From assembly GCA_000503915.1 (NCBI GenBank), contig CP006915.1:120001-152000 (forward strand): DNA of 32,000 nt, read 5' to 3'. This document shows, piece after piece, positions 8,494-16,368 of the stretch. The position numbers and the translations under genes were made by a program. Source of the DNA: Candidatus Saccharimonadota bacterium. GTDB lineage: Bacteria > Patescibacteriota > Saccharimonadia > Saccharimonadales > Saccharimonadaceae. The notes under the pieces are model-generated. The model did no database searches and was not told where the DNA came from. It was given only the letters and a program-made list of their open reading frames with translations. Each line of letters begins with the position of its first letter. Position 1 is the stretch's first letter.

Positions 8494-8569
8494 CGGGGTG
8501 TGGCGCAGTTGGTAGCGCGCGCGGTTTGGGACCGTGAGGTCGAAGGTTCAAGTCCTTTCACCCCGACCA
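8494..8569 (+). tRNA. tRNA-Pro (anticodon UGG), CCA encoded
   Basis: Hand-folded cloverleaf. Acceptor CGGGGTG/CACCCCG, D arm GCGC-AGTTGGTA-GCGC, anticodon arm CGCGG-TTTGGGA-CCGTG, T arm GAAGG-TTCAAGT-CCTTT, discriminator A, then CCA. Confidence 0.9.
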
Positions 8570-10353
8570 GAAGATATTTCATCTAATTCCGTCATCAAAT
8601 TGTATGGCGGTTTTAGTTTTATAACAGGGGTAGAATCATCTCCAGCACGTAGGTTCGCAACAAACTCACTGCATATAGTATCTAGAACCATGATGTCAGT
8701 AGTTTTTAGCATATTTAACACCTTAGAACGTGTAAGTTCGTAGAACTCTTGCTCAGTAGGTAATGCTGTATCAAGTTTAGCTAGCTCAGTCTTGTTACCT
8801 GTTATAGCCTCTTCGTCTAGGCGTATAAGCTGTTGATACTCCTCTAGCTTTCCCTCATGGTATTTCTTGTAGTCATCAGGACTGTTTACTTGAAACTCTT
8901 GATAACGTGCATACTGTTGTTCGTTATTCTTTTGTGACTGCTTAGCCTCAGCAAGTTTGCGGTTCAATATAGCCCTGTCAGAAGCAATACGCTGTTCGAG
9001 GCTGTTCTTGTACATACGGTATGCATGTTCACTCTTCTTAGTTAAGTGTCGTAGTTGCCACTCGATACCTGCTAGTACGTACTTGCCTCGGATACTCTTT
9101 GAGAGTGTTATATTGAGGTCTTTCTGCTCAGCTGTATTGTGTCGTAAACATGCCTTATTGCGACAGTAGAAACTAATAACCCATTTTCCAGTATTTTTAC
9201 CACGCTTAATAGGCGTGTGTTGAAATCTCATAGCGTTATCGCAGTAATCACAAATAACCTTGTTGTGTAGCAATCCATAGTCTAGACGTTGTGAACGGTT
9301 CGTCTTTACGCTTGTAGTTTTACCAAAGTCTTTAGCGACATCAGCATTTAGCTGTATATATTCATCTGCTGTTATAAGTGGCTTAAAGTTATACAGGTCT
9401 ATGAGGTTTGCGAGGTTGTCACCGTAGCTGTATAAGCCAGAGTAAAACGAATCTGTAAAGATGTTGCCGACCATCTGCTTAGTAACGTTTACCAGCTTAG
9501 GTTTGTCATCTTGGTCTTTACGCTCGGTTAGCTTAGCACTGTTCAAAAACTCTGCTATATCAGTATTATTCATACCGCCATACAATCGCATATCTACAGC
9601 TCTTCGAAGTAGATTCCAGTTGTATTCATCAGGTGTAAAGTATCCAGTTATCGAGTCTACATAGTAGCCCTTTTTCACTACGCCGTTATACTTACCCTCT
9701 ACGATATTACCAAGAGTACCACGCTTCACATCTACTGCTAGTTTGTCCGAGTATTGCTTTGATGTAGCAAACAAAATACCTAACATCATCTTGCCGTTTG
9801 CTGTGTTATCAAACTGGTAGGTCACAAAGGCGAGGTCTTGAATATCTTCGTGGTCAATCATTTCAATGACCTCACCAGCCTCCTTCATGTTACGGGATAA
9901 ACGGTCAGGCGACCACGATATAAGCCCGTGATACTTGCCAGTCTTAAATCCTAGTAGCATTTTGTCGAAAATAGGACGGTTGCCAGAAGTCTTGGCCGAA
10001 GCACTTTCTACGAATATATCCTCTTCACGAACCGTAACCTTTAACGTATTAGTGGCAAGTTTTATACATTCAGCTCGTTGGTCATCTAGTGAACGTACTT
10101 GCTTGGTTTCATCATCAGTAGACTTGCGTAGGTATATAGCGTAACGGCGTTTTTCTTTAGGCAGTATCTTTTTAGCCCCCTCGGTTGTTGCAGAGAAGTA
10201 GTCTAGAAGGTCATTGACACTACGTTCACTATTACCAAAGGCTTTATTGCGGTATTCAGATGTATATACATACTTTTCTTGTACACTTGCAAGCTCAGCC
10301 TCATCTGCGAGAACTTTAGTGCGTTTTTTACGATTAGTTGTACCTTTTGGCAT
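8548..10353 (-). CDS. large serine recombinase (integrase)
   Basis: Resolvase-type catalytic domain (YLRKSTDDE...SLDDQ, SWSPDRLSRN). Recombinase domain, zinc ribbon (CDYCDNAMRF...FYCRNKAC) and a long coiled-coil C-terminus. ATG 10353 is preferred over the TTG at 10380. The last 7 codons and the stop lie inside tRNA-Pro. Confidence 0.9.
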   Translation of the reverse strand: MPKGTTNRKKRTKVLADEAELASVQEKYVYTSEYRNKAFGNSERSVNDLLDYFSATTEGAKKILPKEKRRYAIYLRKSTDDETKQVRSLDDQRAECIKLATNTLKVTVREEDIFVESASAKTSGNRPIFDKMLLGFKTGKYHGLISWSPDRLSRNMKEAGEVIEMIDHEDIQDLAFVTYQFDNTANGKMMLGILFATSKQYSDKLAVDVKRGTLGNIVEGKYNGVVKKGYYVDSITGYFTPDEYNWNLLRRAVDMRLYGGMNNTDIAEFLNSAKLTERKDQDDKPKLVNVTKQMVGNIFTDSFYSGLYSYGDNLANLIDLYNFKPLITADEYIQLNADVAKDFGKTTSVKTNRSQRLDYGLLHNKVICDYCDNAMRFQHTPIKRGKNTGKWVISFYCRNKACLRHNTAEQKDLNITLSKSIRGKYVLAGIEWQLRHLTKKSEHAYRMYKNSLEQRIASDRAILNRKLAEAKQSQKNNEQQYARYQEFQVNSPDDYKKYHEGKLEEYQQLIRLDEEAITGNKTELAKLDTALPTEQEFYELTRSKVLNMLKTTDIMVLDTICSEFVANLRAGDDSTPVIKLKPPYNLMTELDEISSGRGERT

Positions 10354-10410
10354 ATATTGATTCCTACTAATATTGTACAAAACTTGTGCGGTAATGTAAA
10401 CTATTGTTAT

Positions 10411-10593
10411 ATGGAAAATGAACTACCAGAATATCTAACATTGCCCGAAGTGGTGAAGATATTAAAGGTGCACCCTAATACTTTACGTAACTGGGATAGG
10501 GACGGCACACTCAAGGCCATACGTATAGGCAAACGCAGCATACGCCGATGGAAAAAGTCGGATATTTTAAAGTTCATAGAGGCTGATAAGTAG
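10411..10593 (+). CDS. excisionase-family / MerR-like HTH DNA-binding protein (candidate recombination directionality factor)
   Basis: 60 aa, LTLPEVVKILKVHPNTLRNWDRDGTLKAIRIGKRSIRRWKKSDILKFI. Divergent from the recombinase with a 57-bp spacer. ATG 10411 lies inside track ORF 10279..10593. Confidence 0.8.
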   Translation: MENELPEYLTLPEVVKILKVHPNTLRNWDRDGTLKAIRIGKRSIRRWKKSDILKFIEADK

Positions 10594-10595
10594 TT

Positions 10596-11153
10596 ATGGC
10601 AAATAAGAAAGACGACTATATGGCGACTAACTCTCAAGTAATGCTTGCCACTACAAAGCCGTATATTGCTGGTGCAAAAATCCAACTAGAACGCTACCTT
10701 GAAGCGCAAAGAATAATGAAGACCCACAAGATGGTTTTGGGCGGAGGAATAGATAAATGCACCTATGAACTATCTGCACTACTTGAGCATCTAGATAGTA
10801 TAGAGGTGCAATTAAGGAACAGAGGCATATCATTGCCCGCGGGTGAAATAATTCGGCAATTCCGTAATCATTTGCGACACGATAGCAGAGGCGAAGAAGA
10901 CCGCAGTAATGGCAGACGAGGTCAGGCAATAGGTTTGAACGATAAATTATTGGTGCAAATAGTGTTTACTGACAGTGGTGTAAAAATGGGCTCAAACGAA
11001 CTGACAGCCAAACAAATAGACACCTACATTACCACCGCTGAAACGATAATGTGGGCAATGGTGCTGGGCGGCAAGCTGGACATTGACGGCGAAACAGTAA
11101 CTGTCTATCAGCAGTCTACTGATATAACAAATAAAAATAGTCCTGAGGTGTAA
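10596..11153 (+). CDS. hypothetical protein with an RNxxxH (Rx4H) motif, possible HEPN-like domain
   Basis: 185-aa ORF starting 2 nt after the HTH gene stop. The helical N-terminal half ends in IIRQFRNHLRHD. No other recognisable motif. Confidence 0.6.
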   Translation: MANKKDDYMATNSQVMLATTKPYIAGAKIQLERYLEAQRIMKTHKMVLGGGIDKCTYELSALLEHLDSIEVQLRNRGISLPAGEIIRQFRNHLRHDSRGEEDRSNGRRGQAIGLNDKLLVQIVFTDSGVKMGSNELTAKQIDTYITTAETIMWAMVLGGKLDIDGETVTVYQQSTDITNKNSPEV

Positions 11154-12019
11154 TGGACGGTCTATTTAATAGTAGAGAGATTGCGGTAGGGTTATGGTTG
11201 GCGGTGCTAATAATTTTCGTGGCTAGTAAAAAAGCTGTGCGTTCATCATTTGGAGCCGTTCTTAAAACGTTCTTCACACCAAAGATAATCATACCGCTAC
11301 TGCTATCTTTTACTCCGAGTGTGTTGGTCGTATGGCTGTTGGCATATCTAAATCTTTGGGACTTATCTGTACTTAAAGAAACAATCTATTGGGTTATAGG
11401 TACAGGCATCATAATGTTCGGTAAGTTTGATGGTGTTAAAGATTTGAAGTCACTATACAGACAGACCGCAAAAGAAACCCTAGCATTAGTTGTTGTGCTG
11501 GAGTTCATTATTTGGCTCTATGTATTCCCCTTATGGGCTGAACTACTCCTAGTACCATTCGTAACTCTTATAGTGCTGTTGGCGACAGTGGCAAAGTATA
11601 TGAAAACAGATGGCATAGAATTAACACGCAAGGTGCTAAATGGTACGCAAGTATTCATTGGTCTACTCATACTTTTATTTGCGCTCATAGGCTTCGTAAA
11701 GAGCCCCGTGGCGTTATTTACGTTTCAAAACCTAGAGCTATTCTTATTGCCTATAGTCTTATCGCTTACCTATGTACCCTCCGTATACTTCATAGCGTTG
11801 TATAGCAAGTACGAGCTAGTGTTTCTTCGTATTGACTACCCCATGAAACTCAATCGTAAAAGTAAACGAGCTATCAAACTAGCCGCAACAAGGCGTTGTG
11901 GTCTGAGTGTGTACGTTACGGGCGAAATGATACGACATTTGGCAATCAACTTAACTACCGACACCACAAAGGCTCAAGCTCTAAAAATCATAAAGACTTT
12001 TAACCCAAGACAACCGTAA
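11153..12019 (+). CDS. polytopic integral membrane protein, unknown function
   Basis: 288 aa with about 7 hydrophobic segments and a basic C-terminal tail. Its start overlaps the previous stop (TAATG), indicating translational coupling. Confidence 0.7.
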   Translation: MDGLFNSREIAVGLWLAVLIIFVASKKAVRSSFGAVLKTFFTPKIIIPLLLSFTPSVLVVWLLAYLNLWDLSVLKETIYWVIGTGIIMFGKFDGVKDLKSLYRQTAKETLALVVVLEFIIWLYVFPLWAELLLVPFVTLIVLLATVAKYMKTDGIELTRKVLNGTQVFIGLLILLFALIGFVKSPVALFTFQNLELFLLPIVLSLTYVPSVYFIALYSKYELVFLRIDYPMKLNRKSKRAIKLAATRRCGLSVYVTGEMIRHLAINLTTDTTKAQALKIIKTFNPRQP

Positions 12020-12042
12020 TTCCTTTAGCGTAGAGATTACCC

Positions 12043-12080
12043 CAACATTGCGAGAAACGCCCCTGTGACTGATTCGAATT
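12043..12080. repeat. left copy of a 38-nt imperfect inverted repeat flanking the helicase-nuclease gene
   Basis: CAACATTGCGAGAAACGCCCCTGTGACTGATTCGAATT matches the reverse complement of 16157-16194 at 28 of 38 positions (hand alignment). It includes the 12-nt block GAGAAACGCC.C plus ATTCGA. Confidence 0.6.
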
Positions 12081-12090
12081 AGGCGTTTTT
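12055..12090 (+). terminator. probable intrinsic terminator of the HTH / RNxxxH protein / membrane-protein operon
   Basis: AAACGCC (12055-12061) pairs with GGCGTTT (12082-12088), with a T run to 12090. The 20-nt loop is long, so confidence is moderate. Confidence 0.55.
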
Positions 12091-12130
12091 ATTTCTGAGA
12101 TGACTTATACCTCAATCGAACTGATTTTAT

Positions 12131-12138
12131 TGTATAAT
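12131..12138 (+). promoter_or_regulatory. candidate extended -10 promoter (TGTATAAT) for the helicase-nuclease gene
   Basis: TGTATAAT lies 29 nt upstream of ATG 12167. No obvious Shine-Dalgarno sequence. Confidence 0.4.
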
Positions 12139-12166
12139 TTACCCTAGAATAGCTTGCTTATTTATT

Positions 12167-15100
12167 ATGACAAAAATACCAGTATCTATCAGCCAACTAG
12201 CAAAATACGGACTTGATTATGTAAGCCTAATTTCAAGTAGTGCCTCCAGAAGCCGACCCGTTAAGACTGAGCAGATGGATACCGACCTACTCTCTATCCC
12301 AGACGTGATTTTCAAAAGCGAAGTTGACTCCATAACAATTGATTTAGTCACCTCTCTAGATAAACAGTTCGACCCGAGCATACCGAACGAGGAAAAGAGC
12401 GACGAGCAACGACAAGCTGAGTGGCGTATTGAACGGGACAGAGGTATCTTAAATAAGATTCAAGAAATAGATACAAAAATTAGAACCGATGAATATACGA
12501 AACGGGTAGTCCTGCAAACTGGCTTTATATCATTTGAGGCAAAACGCTACCTTGAGTCTGAATTCAATGAAGAGTACGAGAAATACGAGGCTCCGTTGTT
12601 TCAAATTCCAGTTGCGGCAATAAACTTCAAATATAATCCTGATGGCGTAACAGTAACTATCGACTTACCTGATAATTATGTAGAGATTTTAAACGGCCCA
12701 TTAAAGAACTTCTTGCCTCAGCAGTATTTTGATAAGGTGTTTAAGTTTATAGCGGATTCAGAGGCGGAAGAGAAAACAATGCTTCCGCTTGCCGATGATT
12801 TTATCGAAGACTTGTGGTCGGCAATAAGAGTTCAGTTAGATGGATTAGATGCGAAGTCAATATCTGAAGCTCCTAGTTTTGCAACCAGCATTGTTGCAAT
12901 CACGAATAAGACAAATCACTTCCTTGCCGAAGACCTTAAGGCTATAGCTGCACTAGAAGATGAAGACTTGCTAGAAACGTCATTAGGCAGTTGGGTGTCA
13001 GATGAAGATATGGCAATTGAACAGGTAGTTTCTGATGACGGTAGTACGGAAATATTCTTTCCGTTTGATTATGACAAGTATCAGCTAAAAGTCTTAGGCA
13101 TTACAGCAAATAAAGCGGTTATTGTTGAAGGTCCTCCAGGAACTGGAAAATCACAGACCATCTCAAACTTACTTGTACATCTTGCAGCCACGGGTAAACG
13201 GGTGCTATTTGCTAGTCAAAAAGACCAAGCTATACGTGGAGTCAAAGATAAGCTAAAAGCATTGGATGTGCCATTTTTGTATGGGTATATTCCTGACAAA
13301 ACATCTAAGCTGTACACAGAAGAAGATGAAAAAGACAGTGCCGCAAACACACTACTTGCACTCAATAGAGAGTTCCAAAAAGGAAAGGTCGGTGACTTAA
13401 AAGAACCTCTGTCGTTACTTGCCAACCGTTCAAATATTTTTGTAGAGAACTTAAATAACGAACGTTCTATCTATGCCCTACTAGAAGAGCGTAGAAGCTT
13501 GAGCTACCTTGATTCTTTTCATCCGTACGAAATTGATAGCGGATGGTATAGCCAGTGTGGCTTATTAGAAGACACTATTAATGGATTAGAGGCCAGTGTT
13601 AACAAATATGAAAAGGCTCATGAGAAGTTTTTAAGGGCAGCCAACAAGAAGTTTGAAAATCTAGAATTAGATTACCAGGCGACTATAGACTCAATTGAAA
13701 GTATCTACACATACTTTAAGGAAAATATGCCCGAACGGTCTGGTTGGATAGGTAGTAAGGTTAATGAAATGAAATTGCGTAATGCACTGAAAGAGAATGG
13801 CCGCAACCTATTGCAGGAAATTTTCGTAGAAGTTGAAAAGGTACTATTCTCTGACAATACAAAGTCTGCCCGATTGCAGCTATTAGATAGTCTGTCGGAT
13901 TACTTTGTTTACAGTAGTGAGCTACAGGCAATAACTGAAAGTCGTTCTTCACTTAACGAATTACTCTCAGGCAAAGAAATATCACCGACTACGTACGCCT
14001 CTCTCAAAAAGGTAATCTTGGATAATGGTAGTAAGGAGAAGGTGTTCGGGGATTTAACTAGGTATAACGAAATCACCGAGCAGGTAGAAGAAATGTCGTT
14101 GTACTCGGCGAATGAGCTTAACCGAGAAATCAAGGATATTCGCAAGTTTTACAGAACCAATATCACAAATTACGTACGTAACCGTATCCTAACCAGAGTT
14201 GGTGAAGCGAATAACAGTAAGGACGTAAGGGCTACCCTAGCTCAGGTTGCCCGAAGTCTTACAAAGAGTAAGAAAGCCAATAAGACATTCGACAGATTGA
14301 AGCACAACGAAGACAATTTTAGTGCCATGTCTAAGGTCTTGCCAATCTGGATGATGAGCCTAGATGATGTTAGTCGTATAGTTCCACTCGAGAAGAATGC
14401 ATTTGATTATGTAATTATCGATGAAGCATCACAGTGTAATTTTGCATATGCGTTTCCAGCAATGTTCCGTGCTGAACATACAATTTTCTTTGGTGATACT
14501 TTGCAGATGCGTGATGACAACATTATGTTTAAGTCGAATGACCAACTTAATGCTATTGCTAAGAAGCATAAGATACCTGAGGTTTATCAAATTAAGGCGG
14601 AAGAAGACACGGTAAAATCCGTTATGGATATTGCTCATCTTAATGGCTTTAAAACAACAACTCTCAAGTATCACTATCGCTCACCGAGGGAGCTTATAGG
14701 CTTCTCTAATGAATCTTTCTACGAACCAATAGGTCGAAAACTAGAGGCAGTTAACGACAATATCGTACCCTACAAAGATACTGGGCGTGTTCTTCTCAAC
14801 CATATTGTTAAGCCAAATGCAGATGAAGAGCTGTCCGACAGGACAAATCTAGCCGAGGTACGTAAAATTCAGGAGTTGGTTGACGAGATTAAAAGTGACC
14901 CCGTACTGAAGGATAAGTCCATTGCTGTTCTAACCTTCTTTAACGAGCAAGCTGAGCTGATAAGAAACGCCATTAAACACGAAGATATTAAGGTCTCTAT
15001 AATTGACGGTATTCAGGGTGATGAACGTGATATCGTAATCTATTCATTTGTTATTAAAGACCCTAGCGACAAGAAGCGTTACATTGCCCTAACTGGTGAA

Positions 15101-16051
15101 GGTGGCGAGATTCGTAAAGATATTGCAGCTGGTCGTGTAAACGTTGCCTTTAGCCGAGCTAGATTACAGGTTCATACCGTTACATCGTTAGCTCCTGAGC
15201 TATGGCCTGAGGGTATTTGGATTAAGCGATACCTGGAGTATGTCGAAAATAGCGGTATAGTGAACCGTCGTCACAGTAAGGCAGAGCAGCAGTTTGACTC
15301 TAATTTTGAGGAAAAGGTGTTTAGCTATTTGGCGAAAGAGCTGGATGCTAGCGAGTATACCTTAGAAACGCAGGTAGAATCTCTTGGGTTTAAAATTGAT
15401 TTAGTAGTTTGCCGTAATGGCAAGAAACTAGCAATCGAGATGGATGGCCCTTCGCACTTTGAAGGTGGAGATGGTCAGGTATACGTAAAGGATGACTGGG
15501 ACAGGCAGGGTGCTCTTGAAACTGCTGGATGGAACTTTTACCGCATTTCATACTTTGATTGGACGAAAGACCAACAGGCTGAGCATAAAGCACTCAGTGA
15601 ATATATACAGCAGTACTTCGATGATGAAAGTGTTTCAAGCAAAACTACCGTCCTAAAAGAACTCGAAAAAGAAACAGTGGCACCAGAAGAATCGCCTAAG
15701 GATATGTATGTTACCGACTTTTCAGAAGAGAGTGTAGATAACGTTACTCCTGTCCAAGCTGTTCCTGTGACCAGGAATGTGAAGCGCACTAATACTGCCA
15801 AGACTACTCCCGCCAAGCCGACCTTCTCGATAGGAGACCGTGAGGTTAACCAAGAGGACTTAGAAAGATATCTTAGTACTCATCAACAGAGTTATATCGA
15901 AATACGATACCAGTCTATGCGTGCAGGGTCAGCAAAATACTGGAGAACTATACGTCTAGATAGCTACGATGGCACGTACATGTATTCCAAGCAGGATAAC
16001 GCACCTTATCCAATAAAATATCGACGAGACCGAGTAATAGAGTTTAGATAG
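12167..16051 (+). CDS. 1294-aa DUF4011-like N-terminus + Upf1/DNA2-like SF1 helicase + DUF559/Vsr-fold endonuclease-like domain + WYL-like C-terminal domain
   Basis: Helicase motifs EGPPGTGKSQT (I), YVIIDEASQC (II), FFGDTLQM (III), YHYRSPRELIGFSNESFY, IDGIQGDERDIVIYSFV (V) and GRVNVAFSRARLQVH (VI). Nuclease-like GFKIDLVVCRNGKKLAIEMDGPSHF...DRQGALETAGWNFYRISYFDW. The tail IEIRYQSMRAGSAKYWRTIRLDSYDGTYMYSKQDNAPYPIKYRRDRVIEF follows the WYL pattern (tentative). Confidence 0.9.
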   Translation: MTKIPVSISQLAKYGLDYVSLISSSASRSRPVKTEQMDTDLLSIPDVIFKSEVDSITIDLVTSLDKQFDPSIPNEEKSDEQRQAEWRIERDRGILNKIQEIDTKIRTDEYTKRVVLQTGFISFEAKRYLESEFNEEYEKYEAPLFQIPVAAINFKYNPDGVTVTIDLPDNYVEILNGPLKNFLPQQYFDKVFKFIADSEAEEKTMLPLADDFIEDLWSAIRVQLDGLDAKSISEAPSFATSIVAITNKTNHFLAEDLKAIAALEDEDLLETSLGSWVSDEDMAIEQVVSDDGSTEIFFPFDYDKYQLKVLGITANKAVIVEGPPGTGKSQTISNLLVHLAATGKRVLFASQKDQAIRGVKDKLKALDVPFLYGYIPDKTSKLYTEEDEKDSAANTLLALNREFQKGKVGDLKEPLSLLANRSNIFVENLNNERSIYALLEERRSLSYLDSFHPYEIDSGWYSQCGLLEDTINGLEASVNKYEKAHEKFLRAANKKFENLELDYQATIDSIESIYTYFKENMPERSGWIGSKVNEMKLRNALKENGRNLLQEIFVEVEKVLFSDNTKSARLQLLDSLSDYFVYSSELQAITESRSSLNELLSGKEISPTTYASLKKVILDNGSKEKVFGDLTRYNEITEQVEEMSLYSANELNREIKDIRKFYRTNITNYVRNRILTRVGEANNSKDVRATLAQVARSLTKSKKANKTFDRLKHNEDNFSAMSKVLPIWMMSLDDVSRIVPLEKNAFDYVIIDEASQCNFAYAFPAMFRAEHTIFFGDTLQMRDDNIMFKSNDQLNAIAKKHKIPEVYQIKAEEDTVKSVMDIAHLNGFKTTTLKYHYRSPRELIGFSNESFYEPIGRKLEAVNDNIVPYKDTGRVLLNHIVKPNADEELSDRTNLAEVRKIQELVDEIKSDPVLKDKSIAVLTFFNEQAELIRNAIKHEDIKVSIIDGIQGDERDIVIYSFVIKDPSDKKRYIALTGEGGEIRKDIAAGRVNVAFSRARLQVHTVTSLAPELWPEGIWIKRYLEYVENSGIVNRRHSKAEQQFDSNFEEKVFSYLAKELDASEYTLETQVESLGFKIDLVVCRNGKKLAIEMDGPSHFEGGDGQVYVKDDWDRQGALETAGWNFYRISYFDWTKDQQAEHKALSEYIQQYFDDESVSSKTTVLKELEKETVAPEESPKDMYVTDFSEESVDNVTPVQAVPVTRNVKRTNTAKTTPAKPTFSIGDREVNQEDLERYLSTHQQSYIEIRYQSMRAGSAKYWRTIRLDSYDGTYMYSKQDNAPYPIKYRRDRVIEFR

Positions 16052-16156
16052 CCAGCATTAAAGGCAATGTTTCCTTGAATCATCCCCGAGCGTGATTTAA
16101 ATTAGATGTTTTATTTCCAGAATAGGTGTAGCATCAACTTTTGATTTAGAATGCAA

Positions 16157-16194
16157 GAATCGAATCGCCCCCAGAGGCGTTTCTCCCAACTTTG
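16157..16194. repeat. right copy of the 38-nt imperfect inverted repeat flanking the helicase-nuclease gene
   Basis: GAATCGAATCGCCCCCAGAGGCGTTTCTCCCAACTTTG. See the left copy at 12043-12080. Confidence 0.6.
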
Positions 16195-16209
16195 ATATAT
16201 AATCAGAGA

Positions 16210-16350
16210 GTCTAGATTCAACAATTAGAGTATGAGGTCAACAGACCTTTCGTTTGAACCGTAAATACGGCAACTCCTTGCGAAAGCAGTTAGGTTCAAA
16301 CCTGATTGTTGAGTCTAGACAACCCTAGTGAGGGGTTGTCGTTTTATTTT
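16210..16350 (+). ncRNA. candidate structured RNA (riboswitch-like leader or small RNA) ending in an intrinsic terminator
   Basis: A 16-bp closing helix pairs 16210-16225 with 16305-16320 (one G-U). Inside it: hairpin GGTC-AACA-GACC (16236-16247), a 9-bp helix GTTTGAACC/GGTTCAAAC (16252-16260 with 16293-16301), and a GAAA-tetraloop hairpin TGC-GAAA-GCA (16279-16288). TATAAT at 16198-16203 lies just upstream. Confidence 0.5.
16318..16350 (+). terminator. rho-independent terminator immediately upstream of the next gene's RBS
   Basis: GACAACCC (16318-16325) pairs with GGGTTGTC (16333-16340), followed by GTTTTATTTT. AAGGAG lies at 16353-16358 and the ATG at 16369. Confidence 0.75.
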
Positions 16351-16368
16351 AAAAGGAGAAATAACAAA

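Noticed and set aside
8534-10144. Plus-strand ORFs of 67-70 aa (8534-8743, 8957-9169, 9461-9664, 9935-10144) within the recombinase locus
   Set aside because: They are antisense to the serine-recombinase gene. They have no motifs and are typical AT-rich antisense frames.
16293-16312. TPP-riboswitch resemblance (AACCUGAU within GGTTCAAACCTGATTG)
   Set aside because: Only an 8-nt coincidence. The CUGAGA element and the P5 CUGG-AUAAUG-CCAG hairpin of the TPP aptamer are absent.
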